The translations under genes were made by a program, and so were the position numbers. From the human T2T-CHM13v2.0 reference genome, Homo sapiens, in the NCBI RefSeq assembly GCF_009914755.1, contig NC_060926.1: a stretch of 64,000 nucleotides of DNA. One strand, 5' to 3'. Positions 30,886-48,022 of the stretch are shown here, one piece after another; position 1 is the stretch's first letter; every line of letters starts with the position of its first letter. The notes beneath the pieces are model-generated. The model did not search any database. It was given only the letters and a program-made list of their open reading frames with translations, and had not been told where the DNA came from.

Positions 30886-31524
30886 CTGCATCAGCGACAG
30901 AGGGAGTAAGGCTGGAATGGATGTGTCTGAGGAAGAGACACACCCTGGGCCCCTTCAACCAGACCGCATTGGAGGGGCCTCTTCCACTAGTTTCTAAGCC
31001 AGTCCCTGGCTTGCACTCCTGGTAAAGTGCATGATCTTGTGTGTATAGCCGGGTGGATTTTTCCATGTGCATGCACCTGAGTCATCACCACTCAGATCAA
31101 GACAGATTTCCACACCCAGGAAAGTCCCCTGATGCCCCCTCCTGTCCCCAAAGCCCCTATTCAGGTGGATGCATTTTTCCCATTTACAGATGAGGGGCCC
31201 AAAGCTTGGAGAAGGCAGGACAGCAGGCCTTACACCTCCTTCCAAACAGCGAATCCTCATGGACAGTGCCCTCTCTCGTGAGACAGAGCACAGTGCAAGA
31301 CTGCTCTGGAGTCCTGGGGAAGAAAAATCCATTTGCTTTTGATCCCAGGGATGCTAGGATGGGGTGGGGGTGCTGGGATGGTGAGGGGGTGGAGGGATGT
31401 GTTGGGGGCCCTGGGAGCGGGTGGAGGTGAAGGGGGCTGGCAGGCTGTTGCCTCTGCCTGCCTCAGGGCGACCACCTGTGCAGACAGAGCTGGTGCCAAC
31501 TGCAGGCAGCCCACCCACCCACGC

Positions 31525-32190
31525 TGACCCTGTGCCAGAAGAGCCAGGGCCTACGGCCTCAGGACAGGAGCCACCTCCTTGATGTCCCCTTTCTCCTTTC
31601 TTGGCAGCGCCTTCCTCGCCTTGTCCACCTGCTGGAGTGTGTGCCCCCCACCCCCATGCCAACCTGAGACCCTCCCATGCCATTCCCCTAGGGTTGTGCA
31701 GACACATCCTCCCCCTCTGGCTTGTGCCTGTTGGGTCCCTGGGCTCTGAGTGAGACCTGGAGGTCTTCCAACTATGCTTGTATATCCCCGGGGGCTGGGA
31801 AGATGCTGGAGAGCCACCCACTCCTGGGGCTTTTGATCTTGCTTCAAATTACGGTGGAACCTTTGAGCATTTCCTGTTCCCTCCCTCACAAAATGCCCTG
31901 TGCCTGGGTTTTCTTTTCTCTCCTTCAGGAGCCCTGGGAGATCTCGACACAGTAGGGTCCACATCAGCAGCGCCTGGCTTTGCTGTGGCCTTTCCTTCAG
32001 CAGGCATGCAGCTTCAGAAACGAGCGCATGGAGGATGAATGCAGCAGAGGCCCCCGCGTGGCTGCAAGTCGGCCAGAAACACCTGCTGTCTGCTGCTCCA
32101 CAGGCGCGACAGGGAACCGTCCCGGGGTTTCTTGCTCAATGGCTGTAGAACTGGCATTGGAACAAACAGCTCGAACTTCCCTGCAGGCAC
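31525..32190 (-). pseudogene. Large exon candidate with Cys-rich start (CQFYSH*ARNPGTVPCRACGAADSRCFWPTCSH...)
   Basis: gtgtgtacccag acceptor; 194 stop-free codons 32135-31554 in non-repeat sequence; donor approximate. Confidence 0.55.
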
Positions 32191-32750
32191 CTGGGTACAC
32201 ACACACAGGCACATACAAGAGATACAGATACCCATGCATGTGCACTACAAATTCCCAACTGATTTTCTTCCTTAAATGGAGATGTAATTTCTGACAAATC
32301 ATTATCTAGTTAGTGGCTTGAGTTAGGGCATCCTGGCCAAAAGGGGTAACTGCAAGTAATAGAAAACAAAAAAAACAAAAAAACAACGTAGTGTCTTCTG
32401 CAAAGAGATTTTTTTCCCCTTCCCATAATACTAAATTGTGGCTTTGGTTTAGGGATTCGGCAATAATTGGTAGGTGTAATTCTTTTGGGCTTATTCTCAT
32501 GATTGTTGCTTCATGGCTATAAAATGGCTGCCACAGGTCCAGCCATCATGTCCGTTTCATGTGAGTGGGTTGGATTCTAGGCGTGCTGCACTGAGCTTAC
32601 ACGAGAAGAGATACTATGAGTTCTAAAGTGCCAAGCACTGTGTTTATTGTCTGTATCTTTTTTAATCCTGTGATAACTCTGTAAGGTATGTACTAATGTT
32701 ATTCCCATTTTAGACATGAAGAGACTGAGTCTTAGAACTGGTAAATGGCA

Positions 32751-33173
<423 letters not shown>

Positions 33174-33229
33174 CTACGGAAATTCGTTAAAAAGTGAAAG
33201 ATTTCTTCTGTTTAAAAAGTGGATTTTTA

Positions 33230-34971
<1,742 letters not shown>

Positions 34972-35449
34972 GTGGATTCTTTTTTTATAAAGGCATGCCC
35001 TCTCCATCCACACCTCGCCACGCAAACAGCGCTAACTGTTCCCCCACCAACTTGTCCCTCACCACACTCAGCAGTGTTGTGGGGGGTGCCCTCTAAACTC
35101 AAATAGGAGTGAGGCTCCCTCCTACTGAAAGAAACGCAGTTGGTGTCCGCTGCCCACAGGTCAATTCCGATTCCATTTGCAACTGGCCCCAGCTGCCTTT
35201 CTAGACCCAGGGCCCTTGTGTCTGTCCCCTCCTGCATTGTCACTCAGTCCCCTGGGGAAGTAATCATGTTGCATGTAGCAGATGGCTTCACTGGGGGATG
35301 GCGGGGCAGGGGCGATGGGAGGCTGTGCCCAGGACTGCCTGAGTTACAGGAGGAGATTATGACAGAGCCGAGCGGTAAAGGAAGGAGGGGCCCCAGGGAC
35401 AAAGGGAGAAGAGCAGCCCCAAAGGTTCCAAGAACCCCCCAGGAATAAG

Positions 35450-35593
35450 ACTTCTCTGAGGCTGAGAGATGTCCAGGGTGCTCTGACAACAATATTATTT
35501 CCTTTCAACACGTTGATACTCCATTTTTTGTAAAGCGCACAAGACGCAGACAGAAAACCTAATGTTTTATCCCAGGGCATAGGCTTGGAATTT
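35450..35593 (-). pseudogene. Candidate exon, frame and donor unresolved
   Basis: Long minus-strand polypyrimidine tract (~35600-35662) followed by unique coding-like sequence (ORF 35344-35691). Confidence 0.3.
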
Positions 35594-36289
35594 CTCGGCA
35601 GAACACAACATATAGCAGAGAGGCAAAATAAAAAGGAATACAGAAAGAAAGAAAAAAAAAAACAACCTGATGTTGCAAAGAAAGAACACAAAAGTCGAGG
35701 GTGAGGCCAGCCTGGGTCGGCTTGTTCAGCGAAGGACGCACAGTGAGGACGCAGGCCTAGTGAGGCCTGGTGACTTGAGGGCCCTGTTGTGCTTTCCTAG
35801 GGGAAGGCCACTGCAATAAGGATTAGAAAAAGTCAGCCAATTTTGTCCTGCTGTGTATAATTACCTCTCCATCTATTTATAAAGCCTTGAGGAATTCAAG
35901 CAATTATTCATCCTAAAAACACCGTGGGCAGTGACGCCTCCAAAGATAGCTACTGCATAATCTCTCCGCTGCTCTCTCGCAGCCCCGCCTGTGCTGTACT
36001 TTCACCATGGGGGAGGCAGCGGAGGTGCAGGGGCCATGCCACCATCCCAGGGTCTCGGGAGTTCTCCCAGCTCCAGGACTTGGGCAAGTCCCTCCACCGC
36101 TCTGCGTCTTGAAGTCTTCATCTGTAAGTGGGGATGTGACTGTGTCTGTCTCTCCTGGGTGTTGGGAAGGTCACACAGGTCTAGATCTATATGTAGTCAC
36201 TAAGAAGAATATTTAGTAGATGTTGCCAGCTGACTGGAATCAACCCGGACTCTGCCCCTGCTCCCCAAACCACCCTCTCCTGGCCGCGC

Positions 36290-37085
36290 AATCCTTCAGG
36301 TGCTCAGGCTGATTCCTGGAGTCATCTTGGATTCATTTCTCCCTCTCACACCTCACATTTAGTCCACTAGCTAATGCTGTGGGCTCCAGCTTCAAAATGC
36401 ACCTGCAAGCCACCCTGCCCCCTCCTCCATCACGACCACCCTGTTCTGACCCTGGCAATCCCAGCCCCTTCCTCCCTCAGCCACAGGGCTCCAGCTCCAG
36501 CTGCTGGGTGGAGGCTGGGCTTGCTGCTGCTCTGGGGACTTTGCTCTTTGCTGTTCCTTCTCCTGGAATGCACATCCCCACACACCTGCCTGCTCACATG
36601 CTCCCCTGTAAGGCTTGCTCCAAGGTCACCTCCTCAGTGAAGCTGCCCTGACTGCTGCCACCCACACCACCCCCTCACGGGGCTACCCCACTTCCCTGGA
36701 TCATTTTTATCCATAGTGTGTATTCCCCTCTGACACACCATGTCGTTTACTTTTTCATCTTTTCGCGGAACTGTTCTTCCCTCTAGAATGGCGGTTCTCA
36801 ACCATGGGCCATCTGTCAGTGTCTACAGACATTTGGAGTGATCATAACTGGGGGTGGGGTGTTCTAGGCACCCAGTGGGCACAGGCAGGAGTGCACAGGA
36901 TTAAGAACACCCACCCGAAGAACCCCCACCCCAGATGGCAACAGAGAAGAGGTTGAGAAACCCGCATCCAGACTGTAAGCCGTCTGAGGGCAAGGGCCCT
37001 GTCCCCTGTTTTGATCACTGCAACATCTCCAGCACCCAGAACAGGGCTTGACATCACGGATGCCCAGTAAGTGGGGAACGAACAG
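36290..37085 (+). mobile_element. L2 3' fragments with MER20 (~36790-36964) inserted
   Basis: L2 motifs; MER20 termini ggttctcaacc...ggttgagaaacc. Confidence 0.75.
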
Positions 37086-37199
37086 AGACTGGCACATACA
37101 CAGCACTGGGGAAATGTTGGTCATTATTATCATTATTTCTCATGGGTTTGTATTGTTTCTGTGCCTCAGGTTTTCAGGAAAGTCTCTGCTTTTCCCCTG

Positions 37200-37445
37200 G
37201 GCAGTGCAACAGAGGGGAAGAGTGTTGGACTTGGAGTCAGAGACCCATGTCTGAGCCCCAGGTTGGCCATTATGAGCTGTGTAGCTCTGGGAAACTCACT
37301 TAACCTCTCTGAGGTTTTGTTTCCTCATTCGTTGAGTTGGAATACCATTTGTTTTCCTCCTCATCTGGCAAGCTGGTGAGATAAGCAAATATGATGATAT
37401 GTCAAAATGCTTGTAAGTACTAAATACCTTCCAGCTATTGTCATT
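37200..37445 (+). mobile_element. MIR
   Basis: ttggagtcagagacc...tcacttaacctctctgag core. Confidence 0.8.
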
Positions 37446-37487
37446 ATGTGGTCCCTCCTGCAAAATGGAAAAACCAATTGATTTTAC

Positions 37488-37587
37488 CATGGCTGACAAT
37501 CTTATATCTGTTGTGAGGAGCTTATTATTCATAATTTCAGTGTGTTTCCATTTCTGCCCATATGGCACTCCTCCCTTAGACAGGTAT
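37488..37587 (-). pseudogene. Exon: YLSKGGVPYGQKWKHTEIMNNKLLTTDIRLSAM
   Basis: ctccttttcttgtctcaag acceptor, ATG|gtaaaa donor, 100 nt, open. Confidence 0.6.
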
Positions 37588-37818
37588 CTTGAGACAAGAA
37601 AAGGAGCAGGTGGCCTTTAAAATACATTGCACATAACACATGCGTTTCACTGAACAGCTTTTTGCATTTAAAATGCAGACAATATGCTCAAAATAGTACT
37701 AATAAATTTTCTATCTTGAGTAATGTATCTCAGACATATACCAAGGGAAAATAATTAAAGAAAAACCCAATAAAATAGAGATCATAAAAAGGGGGGCTTA
37801 TAAATCAAGAGAGTAGAC

Positions 37819-37969
37819 TTCTAGCCATTCTCAATACAGCCTTTGAGTGCAAGGATCCCAGATGTTTGATTTGGACACATGGAATTTTGCAATAGGATAG
37901 TGTACTTCTTATGAATGAAACATCAAAAGGCATATGGTAGTAGATGCAATCATGTTGGCAGACGTGTGT
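37819..37969 (-). pseudogene. Candidate exon: THVCQHDCIYYHMPFDVSFIRSTLSYCKIPCVQIKHLGSLHSKAVLRMAR
   Basis: atttctgctctccaag acceptor, open frame (within ORF 37805-38065); donor poorly preserved. Confidence 0.4.
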
Positions 37970-38167
37970 CTTGGAGAGCAGAAATGGCCAACTGAATGCT
38001 TCCTTCCTCACTCGTGAAGCCATCAGGAGCAAAGCTCCAGGGAGTGCCTTCCGCCCTGCTGGCAATGAATGGCCTCTCCTGACAGATAGCCTAAGAGCCT
38101 TTGGCTAAAGATTTGCAACATCAAAGAGTGAGTGGCATGGCCTGGCCAGCCACCTGAGACAACGTAC

Positions 38168-38222
38168 TTTGTTCCAGAACGTGGTTCAGAGTTTCACCTT
38201 GCTGGCTCAGTGGGGATTAAGG
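38168..38222 (-). pseudogene. Candidate exon: LNPH*ASKVKL*TTFWNK
   Basis: gcctctttcag acceptor, AAA|gtacgt donor; LNPH* could be a decayed C2 LNPxW motif. Confidence 0.45.
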
Positions 38223-38948
38223 CTGAAAGAGGCTTTGAAAATGTTGATAACAGATGAATGTAAATATTATTTACCTAGCAACATAACACTTTTTTTCTTC
38301 TTTTTTGGCTCTTTCATGGGGTCATTACTCTTTCCCTTGAGTTGTCAGTTCCTTCATTTAGTCTATTCCTTCAACAATTATTGATCAAATCATTATTTGT
38401 GCTGGGCAGTGTTCTATGTCCCAGGAATTTTGTACTGTAAACCAGTACTCTGTCCTCATAACGCCTATAATCTAGAGACATTGAACTGTGAGCACAGGAA
38501 TAAGCAGTGTACTTTCAGAATGTAATCAGTGTTCTCAAGGGAGGAGATTATGATGTAACAGAGCTTCTTTTCATCTCAAAGGAAGGCCATTAAGAAGGGC
38601 CAGTCAGGACAGGTGATGCTGGCAGGAAGGGAGCCAGCCTGCGACGTGCTGGGAAGACAGGCAGAGAGACTATACGTGCAAAGGGTGTGAGGCAGGCATG
38701 AGTTTGCAGAAAGTGTGCTAAGGGCCTGGAGCAGAGTGAGTGAGGGGGAACAAAGACAGGGAGGTGTTAAAGGGCCAGGAGGGGCTGGACCCTCTGGAGC
38801 ATTGATGACTATGCTGTGGAATGAATTTGGATGTTGTTTAAGGGGAATGGGAAGTCATTGAAATATTTTAAGTAGAGAAATGGGATGCACTGATTTACCT
38901 TATGAAAAGAGTTCTCTAGCTGCTTTGAGAGAATGGATTATAGTGGGG

Positions 38949-39625
<677 letters not shown>

Positions 39626-39901
39626 AAGGGGGAAAGGGAGAGCAGGGAGATCAGTGGTGCTTTCACACTAGTACAGCAATAGAGCAGCATCTTGGACCAG
39701 GGTGGTGGCTGAGGAGACAGGATCATGGCTTTGAGATACATTCTGAAGAAGAAAAGTAGGCCTTGCTGATAGAATAGTCACAAACTGTAATGGAAAAGGT
39801 AAATTCAAGGATGTCTCCTGGGTTTTTGGCTTAAGCATCTGGATACAGAGATATGGAAGACTGGGAGGGAAATGGGTTTGGAGTATACATGCATGCAATC
39901 A

Positions 39902-40250
<349 letters not shown>

Positions 40251-42071
40251 GACATTTATGTAGAGATGTTAGGTTGGCAGTTGGATAACAGTCTTGAGTT
40301 TCGGGGTGAGGGCAGGACCAGAAATGAAGATTTGGGATTCATTAGCATGTAGATCATATTCAGAGCCACAATAATAGATGAAATAACTGAGGAAGAGAGC
40401 TAGAGGGGCCAAGAGCAAACACAGGAACATGCCAGCATTTAGAGGACAATGGAGAAGGAGGAGATGGCAGAGATGTCAATAGAAGGAAAAGCAAAAGGGT
40501 GTTATCATAGAAGGTGACAACAGAATATATCACAAAGAGGAATATGTTTGAATGTGTCAAATGTTGTTATCACAGGCTATAGAAGTAAACACAAAGTCTT
40601 ATGGGAATACTGAGGATGAGCTGCCTCTAGTGTGTGTGAAACCCTGGCCAAATATTTGTTGTGGGGCCCCTGTCTATATATGCAATGTTATTTAAAAACA
40701 TACTACATATTCTTGGGCTTATGTGGGATGTAGTGATTTATTGATGAAGACTTAGAATACTGGGTAGGAAGAGATGCTTTTGGATTTGTTTATGAGCCAG
40801 TGAGTGTATCTGAGGATTCTTTATCCTGTGTCTAATGTGAGTGTGTTTTCCTGAATCAGTGCATCAGTGCTATTCTGGAGGCCCAAATCACACATGATTC
40901 CGTGAAAGAAACTCTGTGCTGGCCAGAGGATGCACTCACTCTCCAGGCTTTCCTGCATGGGCCCTCACCATGGAGTCCTGGATACTTAGGGCATCTGGTT
41001 GACCACATGCTCGGGAGAGCACCAAAGAAGGTCCTGGTTTTCAAGCCTCCAGCTTCTCCTTAGAAAGAGTTGACTACCTGTGTGGGCTCCAACTTTTCTG
41101 GCTGCTACCAGAGGGTCTGGCCTCTAAACCATCTGTGTCAAAGAACTGACAGGGCCTGACATTCACTGGGACCCTAGGCTAGGGGTGACAGAGAGCAAAG
41201 CAAAAGTTTGAAAGAGTATGCAGTCTGAATGAGCATGCAGACCTTTGCCACAGCTCCCCTTCCCAGCTCAGTGCAGAGCAAGTAGGAGATAAACTTCTGC
41301 TCTTAGCTTCTCTGTGAGGAGAGATGAAATGGACCACACATCTAGCACCCCAACTTTTCTGACAACTACTAGAAGGACTGACTCCTGACTCACCTGTCTC
41401 AGGGCACTGATGGTACTTGGCACACTCTAGTCTCCTGGGGCCACCAAGAACAAGAACAGCATTTTGGACAAACACACTGGTTTGAGAGGCACCCAGACTC
41501 TCTGACTGGGCTGTGAGGAGGCTCATCTGTGAAGACTGAGGGAGGTGGCTGTTTTATCAAATGTGCAGAAACCAACACAGAGAGTCAAAGACAATGAACA
41601 AACAGGAAATATGCCATAAATAAAAGAACAAGATAAATCTTCAGAAACTGACCCAAACAGAATGGAGATATGTGATTTACCAGACAAAAAATCAAAAGAC
41701 CTGTCATAAAGATGCTCAGTGAGGTCAGGAGAGCAATGCATGAATAAAGTGAGAATTTCAACCAAAAAGGTAGAAAATATTAAAAAGTGCCAAACAGAAA
41801 TCACGGAGCTGAAGAATATAATAAAAGAACAGAAAAATTTAATAGAGGGGTTCAATAGCAGACTAGGTGAACTGAAAGAAAGGATTAGTGAACTCAAGGA
41901 CTGGTCATTGGCAATCATTCAGTCACAGCATTAAAAAGAAAAAAGAATGAAGGGCCAGGCACAGTGGCTCACACCTGTAATCCCAACACTTTGGGAGGCT
42001 GAGGTGGGTGGATCACGAGGTCAGGAGATCGAGACCATCCTGGCTAACATGGTGAAACCCCATCTCTACTA

Positions 42072-42302
<231 letters not shown>

Positions 42303-42788
42303 CTAATGAACACCACCCAGCAGATCTACATATGCATTATGAGACACTCAGACATTATGATATCAGTAACACAGAATGTGGAATAAGGAGAGGTAAAATT
42401 GCAGAGTACTTCTATAGAAGTGTTATCAGTTTAACCTGTTATAAATATATGTTATGTAAGCCCCTGGTAACCACAAAGAAACTACCTATAGAAATGACAC
42501 AAAAGAAAAAAAGTTACAAAGCCTATCAATGCAAAACAGCACAACAAAAACAGGCAAACAAAACCCAACAATAAAACACAAAGGAAGACAGCAAGAGAGA
42601 AAAAGAGGGACAAAAGAACTACAAGACAAACAGAAAACAGTTTTAAAAAAATGGCAATATGGTGGTTCATGCCTGTAATCCCAACACTTAGGAAGGCCGA
42701 GACGAGCAGATCACTTGAGGTCAGGAGTTTGAGACCAACCTGGCCAACATAGTGAAACCTGGTCTCTACTAGAAATACACAAAATTTA

Positions 42789-42950
<162 letters not shown>

Positions 42951-42979
42951 CTAAATCTTGCCCTATCAATAATTACTTA

Positions 42980-43117
<138 letters not shown>

Positions 43118-43739
43118 TTAGCAGGGTGTGGTGGCATGTGCCTGTAATCCCAGCTACTTGGGAGGCTGAGGCAGAGAATAGCTTGAACCTGGGAAGTGGA
43201 GGCAGCAGTGAGCCAAGATCACACCGCTAGACTCCAGGCTGGGCAACAGAGCAAGACTGCATCTCAAATAATAATAATAATAATAGTAATAATTACTTAA
43301 AATGTAAATGGATTGGCCAGGTTCATGCCTGTAATCTCAGCACTTTGGGAGGCTGAGTCAGGAGGATCACGAGGTCAGGAGTTCAAGACCAGCCTGGCCA
43401 ACATGGTGAAACCCCATCTCTACTAAAAATACAAAAATTAGCTGGGCATGGTGGTGGGCACCTGTAGCCCCAGCTACTAGGGAGGCTGAGGCAGGAGAAT
43501 TGCTTAACCGGGATCCGGGAGGTGGAGATTGTAGTGAGCTGAGATCACACCACTGCACTCCAGCCTGGGTGACAGAGCGAGTCTCCATCTCAAAAAAAAA
43601 AAAAAAAAAAAAAAAGGAAGAAGAAAGAAAGATCTCAAGTAAATTGAGCTAATGTCGTACCTTAAGGAACTAGAAAAAGAACAAACTAAGCCCAAAGTTA
43701 GCAGAAGAAAAGAAATTACAAAGATCAGAGCAGAAATAA

Positions 43740-44117
<378 letters not shown>

Positions 44118-46642
44118 TAAAATCAACATGCCCTTAGACAAACAAAAAAAAAAAAAAAAGGAAGAATGGATTCAAATAAATGAAATAAAAAATGAGAGAA
44201 GACATTACAATGGATATCTGAGAAATAAAAAGGATCATAAAAGACCATTATGAACAATTATATGCCAACATATTGGATAAAGTAGAAGAAATGGATAAAT
44301 TCCTAGAAGCATGCAACCTACCAAGACTTAATCAAGAAGCAACAGAAAACCTTAACAGATGAGTTACAAATAAGGAGATTGAGGCATTAATCAAAGACCT
44401 CCCAAAAAAGAAAAATCGATGGCTTTCATGGATTCAAAGAATTATTAATACTTCTTAAACTCTTCTAAAAATAGAAAAAGAGGAAACACTTCCAAACTCA
44501 TTTTATGAGGTCAGCATTACCCTGATATCAGAACCAAAGAAACCACAAGAAAAGAAAACCACATGCCAATATCTCTGATGAACATAGATGCAAAAATCCT
44601 CAATAAAATATTAGCAAAGCGAATTCATTAGCACACTAAAAAGTTTATACATTGTGACTAAAGTGGGATTTATCCCTGGGATGCAGGTTTGGTTCAATAT
44701 AGGCAAATAAGTCAATGTAATGCACCACATTAACAGAATGAAAGATTAAAAAAAAATGACCATCTCAATAGATGCAGAAAATATTTGAAAAAAATCAATA
44801 TCCATTTATGACAAAAACTCTAAACAAAATATGTATGGAAGGAACTTACCTTAATCCAATAAAGACCAATTAGGAAAAGTCTATAACTAACATCATAATA
44901 ATTGAAGAAAAATTAAAAGCTTTTCCTTTCTTGGTCTCACCATGTCTATTCAACACAGTACTAGAAGTTCTAGCCAGATAAATTAGATAGGAAAAAGAAA
45001 TAAAAAATATCCAACTTAAAAAGAAACAAGGAAAATTGTCTGTTTCTGGGTGACATGGTCCTACATGTAGAAAATCCTAATAATTCCATTTAAAAATCAG
45101 AACTGATAAGTTTAGTAAATTTTTAAGATACAAAATCAATATACAAAAATTAATAGCATTTCCTTATACCAACATTGAAATATCTAAAAAGGAAATCAAG
45201 GAACAATCTCATTTACAATAGCATAAAAATATTTAGAAATAAATTTAACCAAGGAGGTGAAAAAGAATTTGTACACTGAAAATTATAAAACACTAATGAA
45301 AAAAATTGAAGAAGACACAAAGAAATGGAACGATATCTCATCTTAATTAATTGGAAGAATTAATATTGTGTAAACACTTATACTGCCCAAAGTGACCTAC
45401 ATGTTGAATGCAATCCCTATCAAAATTCTAAGGGCATTTTTCTCAGAAATAGGAAAACAATTCTGAAATTTATATGGTACCACAAAAGATCCTGAATAGC
45501 TAAGGCAATCTGGAGAAAGAAGAAGAAAGTTAGAGTCATTGCACTCCCTGATTTCAAATGATACTGCAAAGCCATACTAATCAAAACTCAATGGTATTGG
45601 CATAAAAACAGACACAGAAACCAATGGAACAAAATAGCCCCAAAATAAGCTCACGAAAATATGGCTAACTAATTTTCAACAAGGACCCCAAGAATACACA
45701 ATGGGGAAAGATAGTCTAAATAAATGGTTTTGGAAAAACTGGATATCCACATGCAAAAGAATAAAAGTAGGACTTTATCTCACACCATATACAAAAGTCA
45801 GCTCAAAATGGATTAAAGACTTAAATGTAAGACCTTAAACCATAAAACTCCTACACGGAAACATAGAGAAAAATCTCCTTGAAGAAGATTCAAGGATGAA
45901 TGTTTTTTGATAAAGATTTTTATGATGATCTGCTTCCACTTAATGAATAAAGTCCACTTAATGTCTTGGCAATGATTTTTTTGGATATAACACCAAATGC
46001 ACAAGCAACAAATGCAAAAATAAACAAGTGGGACTAGATTAAACTAGAAGCTTCTGCACAGGAAAGGAATGAATCAATGAAATGAAAAAGCAACCAACAG
46101 AATGGGAGAAAATACACCCATATATCTGATAAGGGTGTTAGTATACAAAATATATTAGGGACACATATAACTCTATAGCAAAAGATGAATAACCTGATTA
46201 AAAATGGGCAAAGGACTTGAATAGATAGTTTTCGAAAGAGGACATACATACAAATGTCCAATAGGTATATGAAAAAGTACCCAACATCACTATCATCAGG
46301 GAAATGCAAATCAAAACTAGAATGAGATTTCATCTCACATCTGTTAGGGTGGCTATTGTCAAAAACATGAGATAACAAGTGTTGGTGAGGATGTGGAGAA
46401 AAGAGAACTCTTATACACTGTTCATGGGAATGCAAATTGGCGTACCTATTATGGAAAACAGTATAGAGATCCCTTAAAAAATAAAAAATAAAACTATCAT
46501 ATGATTCAGCAATGTCTCTTCTGGGTATATATCCAAAGGAAATGAACTCAGTATCTTGAAGAGATATTTGCACTCTCATGTTCACTGCAGCATTACTCAT
46601 AATAGCCATGATATGGAAACAACCTAACTGTCCATTGACAGA

Positions 46643-46646
<4 letters not shown>

Positions 46647-46682
<36 letters not shown>

Positions 46683-46849
46683 GTATATATATATATATAT
46701 AGCGTGTATATATATATAGCGTGTATATATATAGCATGTATATATATATAGCGTGTATATATATAGCATATATATAGCGTATATATATATAGCATATATA
46801 TATATAGCGTATATATATATATATATATATATAGCGTGTATATATATAT
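46647..46849. repeat. (TA)n-derived compound microsatellite with AGCGT/AGCAT interruptions
   Basis: Direct reading. Confidence 0.95.
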
Positions 46850-47348
46850 GCAGTGGAGTATTATTCAGCCTTAAAAAAGAAGGAAGTTATGCCATTTGCA
46901 ACAACGTGGGACATTATGCTAAGTGAAAAAGCCAGACACAAAAAGCAAATATCATATGATCTCACTTGTTTGTAGAGTCAATAAAAGATGAATACATAGA
47001 AGCAGAGAGTAGAATAATGGTTACCAGGGACAGGGGTGAGGTGAGGTGGGATGGGGGTAATTGTGGTGATGTTGGTCAAAGGATATGAAGCTTCAGTTAT
47101 GTAGGGTGGATAAGTTCTAGGGGTCTAAGGTAAAGCATGAGGACTATGGTTAACAATACCCATGGCATATTTAAAATTTGCTAAGAGAGCAGATCCTAAG
47201 TATTCTCACCACACACAAAAAGGTGACCATGTGGGCCGGGCGCGTTGGTGCGCGCCTGTAATCCCAGCACTTTGGGAGGCCAAGGCGGGCAGATCACGAG
47301 GTCAGGAGATCGAGACCATTCTGGCTAACATGGTGAAACCCCATTTCA

Positions 47349-47558
<210 letters not shown>

Positions 47559-47599
47559 TTAAGTAGCTTGACTGGTAATCGGTTCACGATGTATATGTA

Positions 47600-48022
47600 C
47601 AGTTGACCCTTGAACAACATGCGTTTAAATTACAAGAGTCCACTTATATGGGGATTTTCTTCTGCCTCTGCCAGCAAGGCCAACCCCTCCTCCTCCTCCT
47701 CCTCCCCCTCAACTAAAGACGAGGAGGATGAGGACCTTTAGGGTGATCCACTTCCACTTAATGAATAGTAAATACGGTTTCTCTTCCTTATGATTTTCTT
47801 AATATTTTCTTTTCCCTAACTTACTTTGTTGTAAGAATGCAGTACTCAATACACGTAAGATACAAAATTTGTATGAATTGACTGTTTGTGTTATCTGCAA
47901 GGCTTCCTGTCAACACTAGGGTATTAATAGTTAAGTTTTGGGGGAGTCAAAAGTTATTTGTGGATTTTTTACTGTTCGGGGAGTTGGTGCCCCTAACCCC
48001 TTCGTTGTTAAAGAGTCAACTG
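47600..48022. mobile_element. Tigger2a-like TcMar element
   Basis: TIRs cagttgac...gtcaactg with TA TSD on both sides. Confidence 0.9.

Noticed and set aside
41523-41934. Coiled-coil-like ORF (MNKVRISTKKVENIKK...)
   Set aside because: L1 ORF1 remnant.
46034-46795. 253-aa ORF, the longest in the track
   Set aside because: Antisense L1 plus TA microsatellite (YIYI runs); not a gene.
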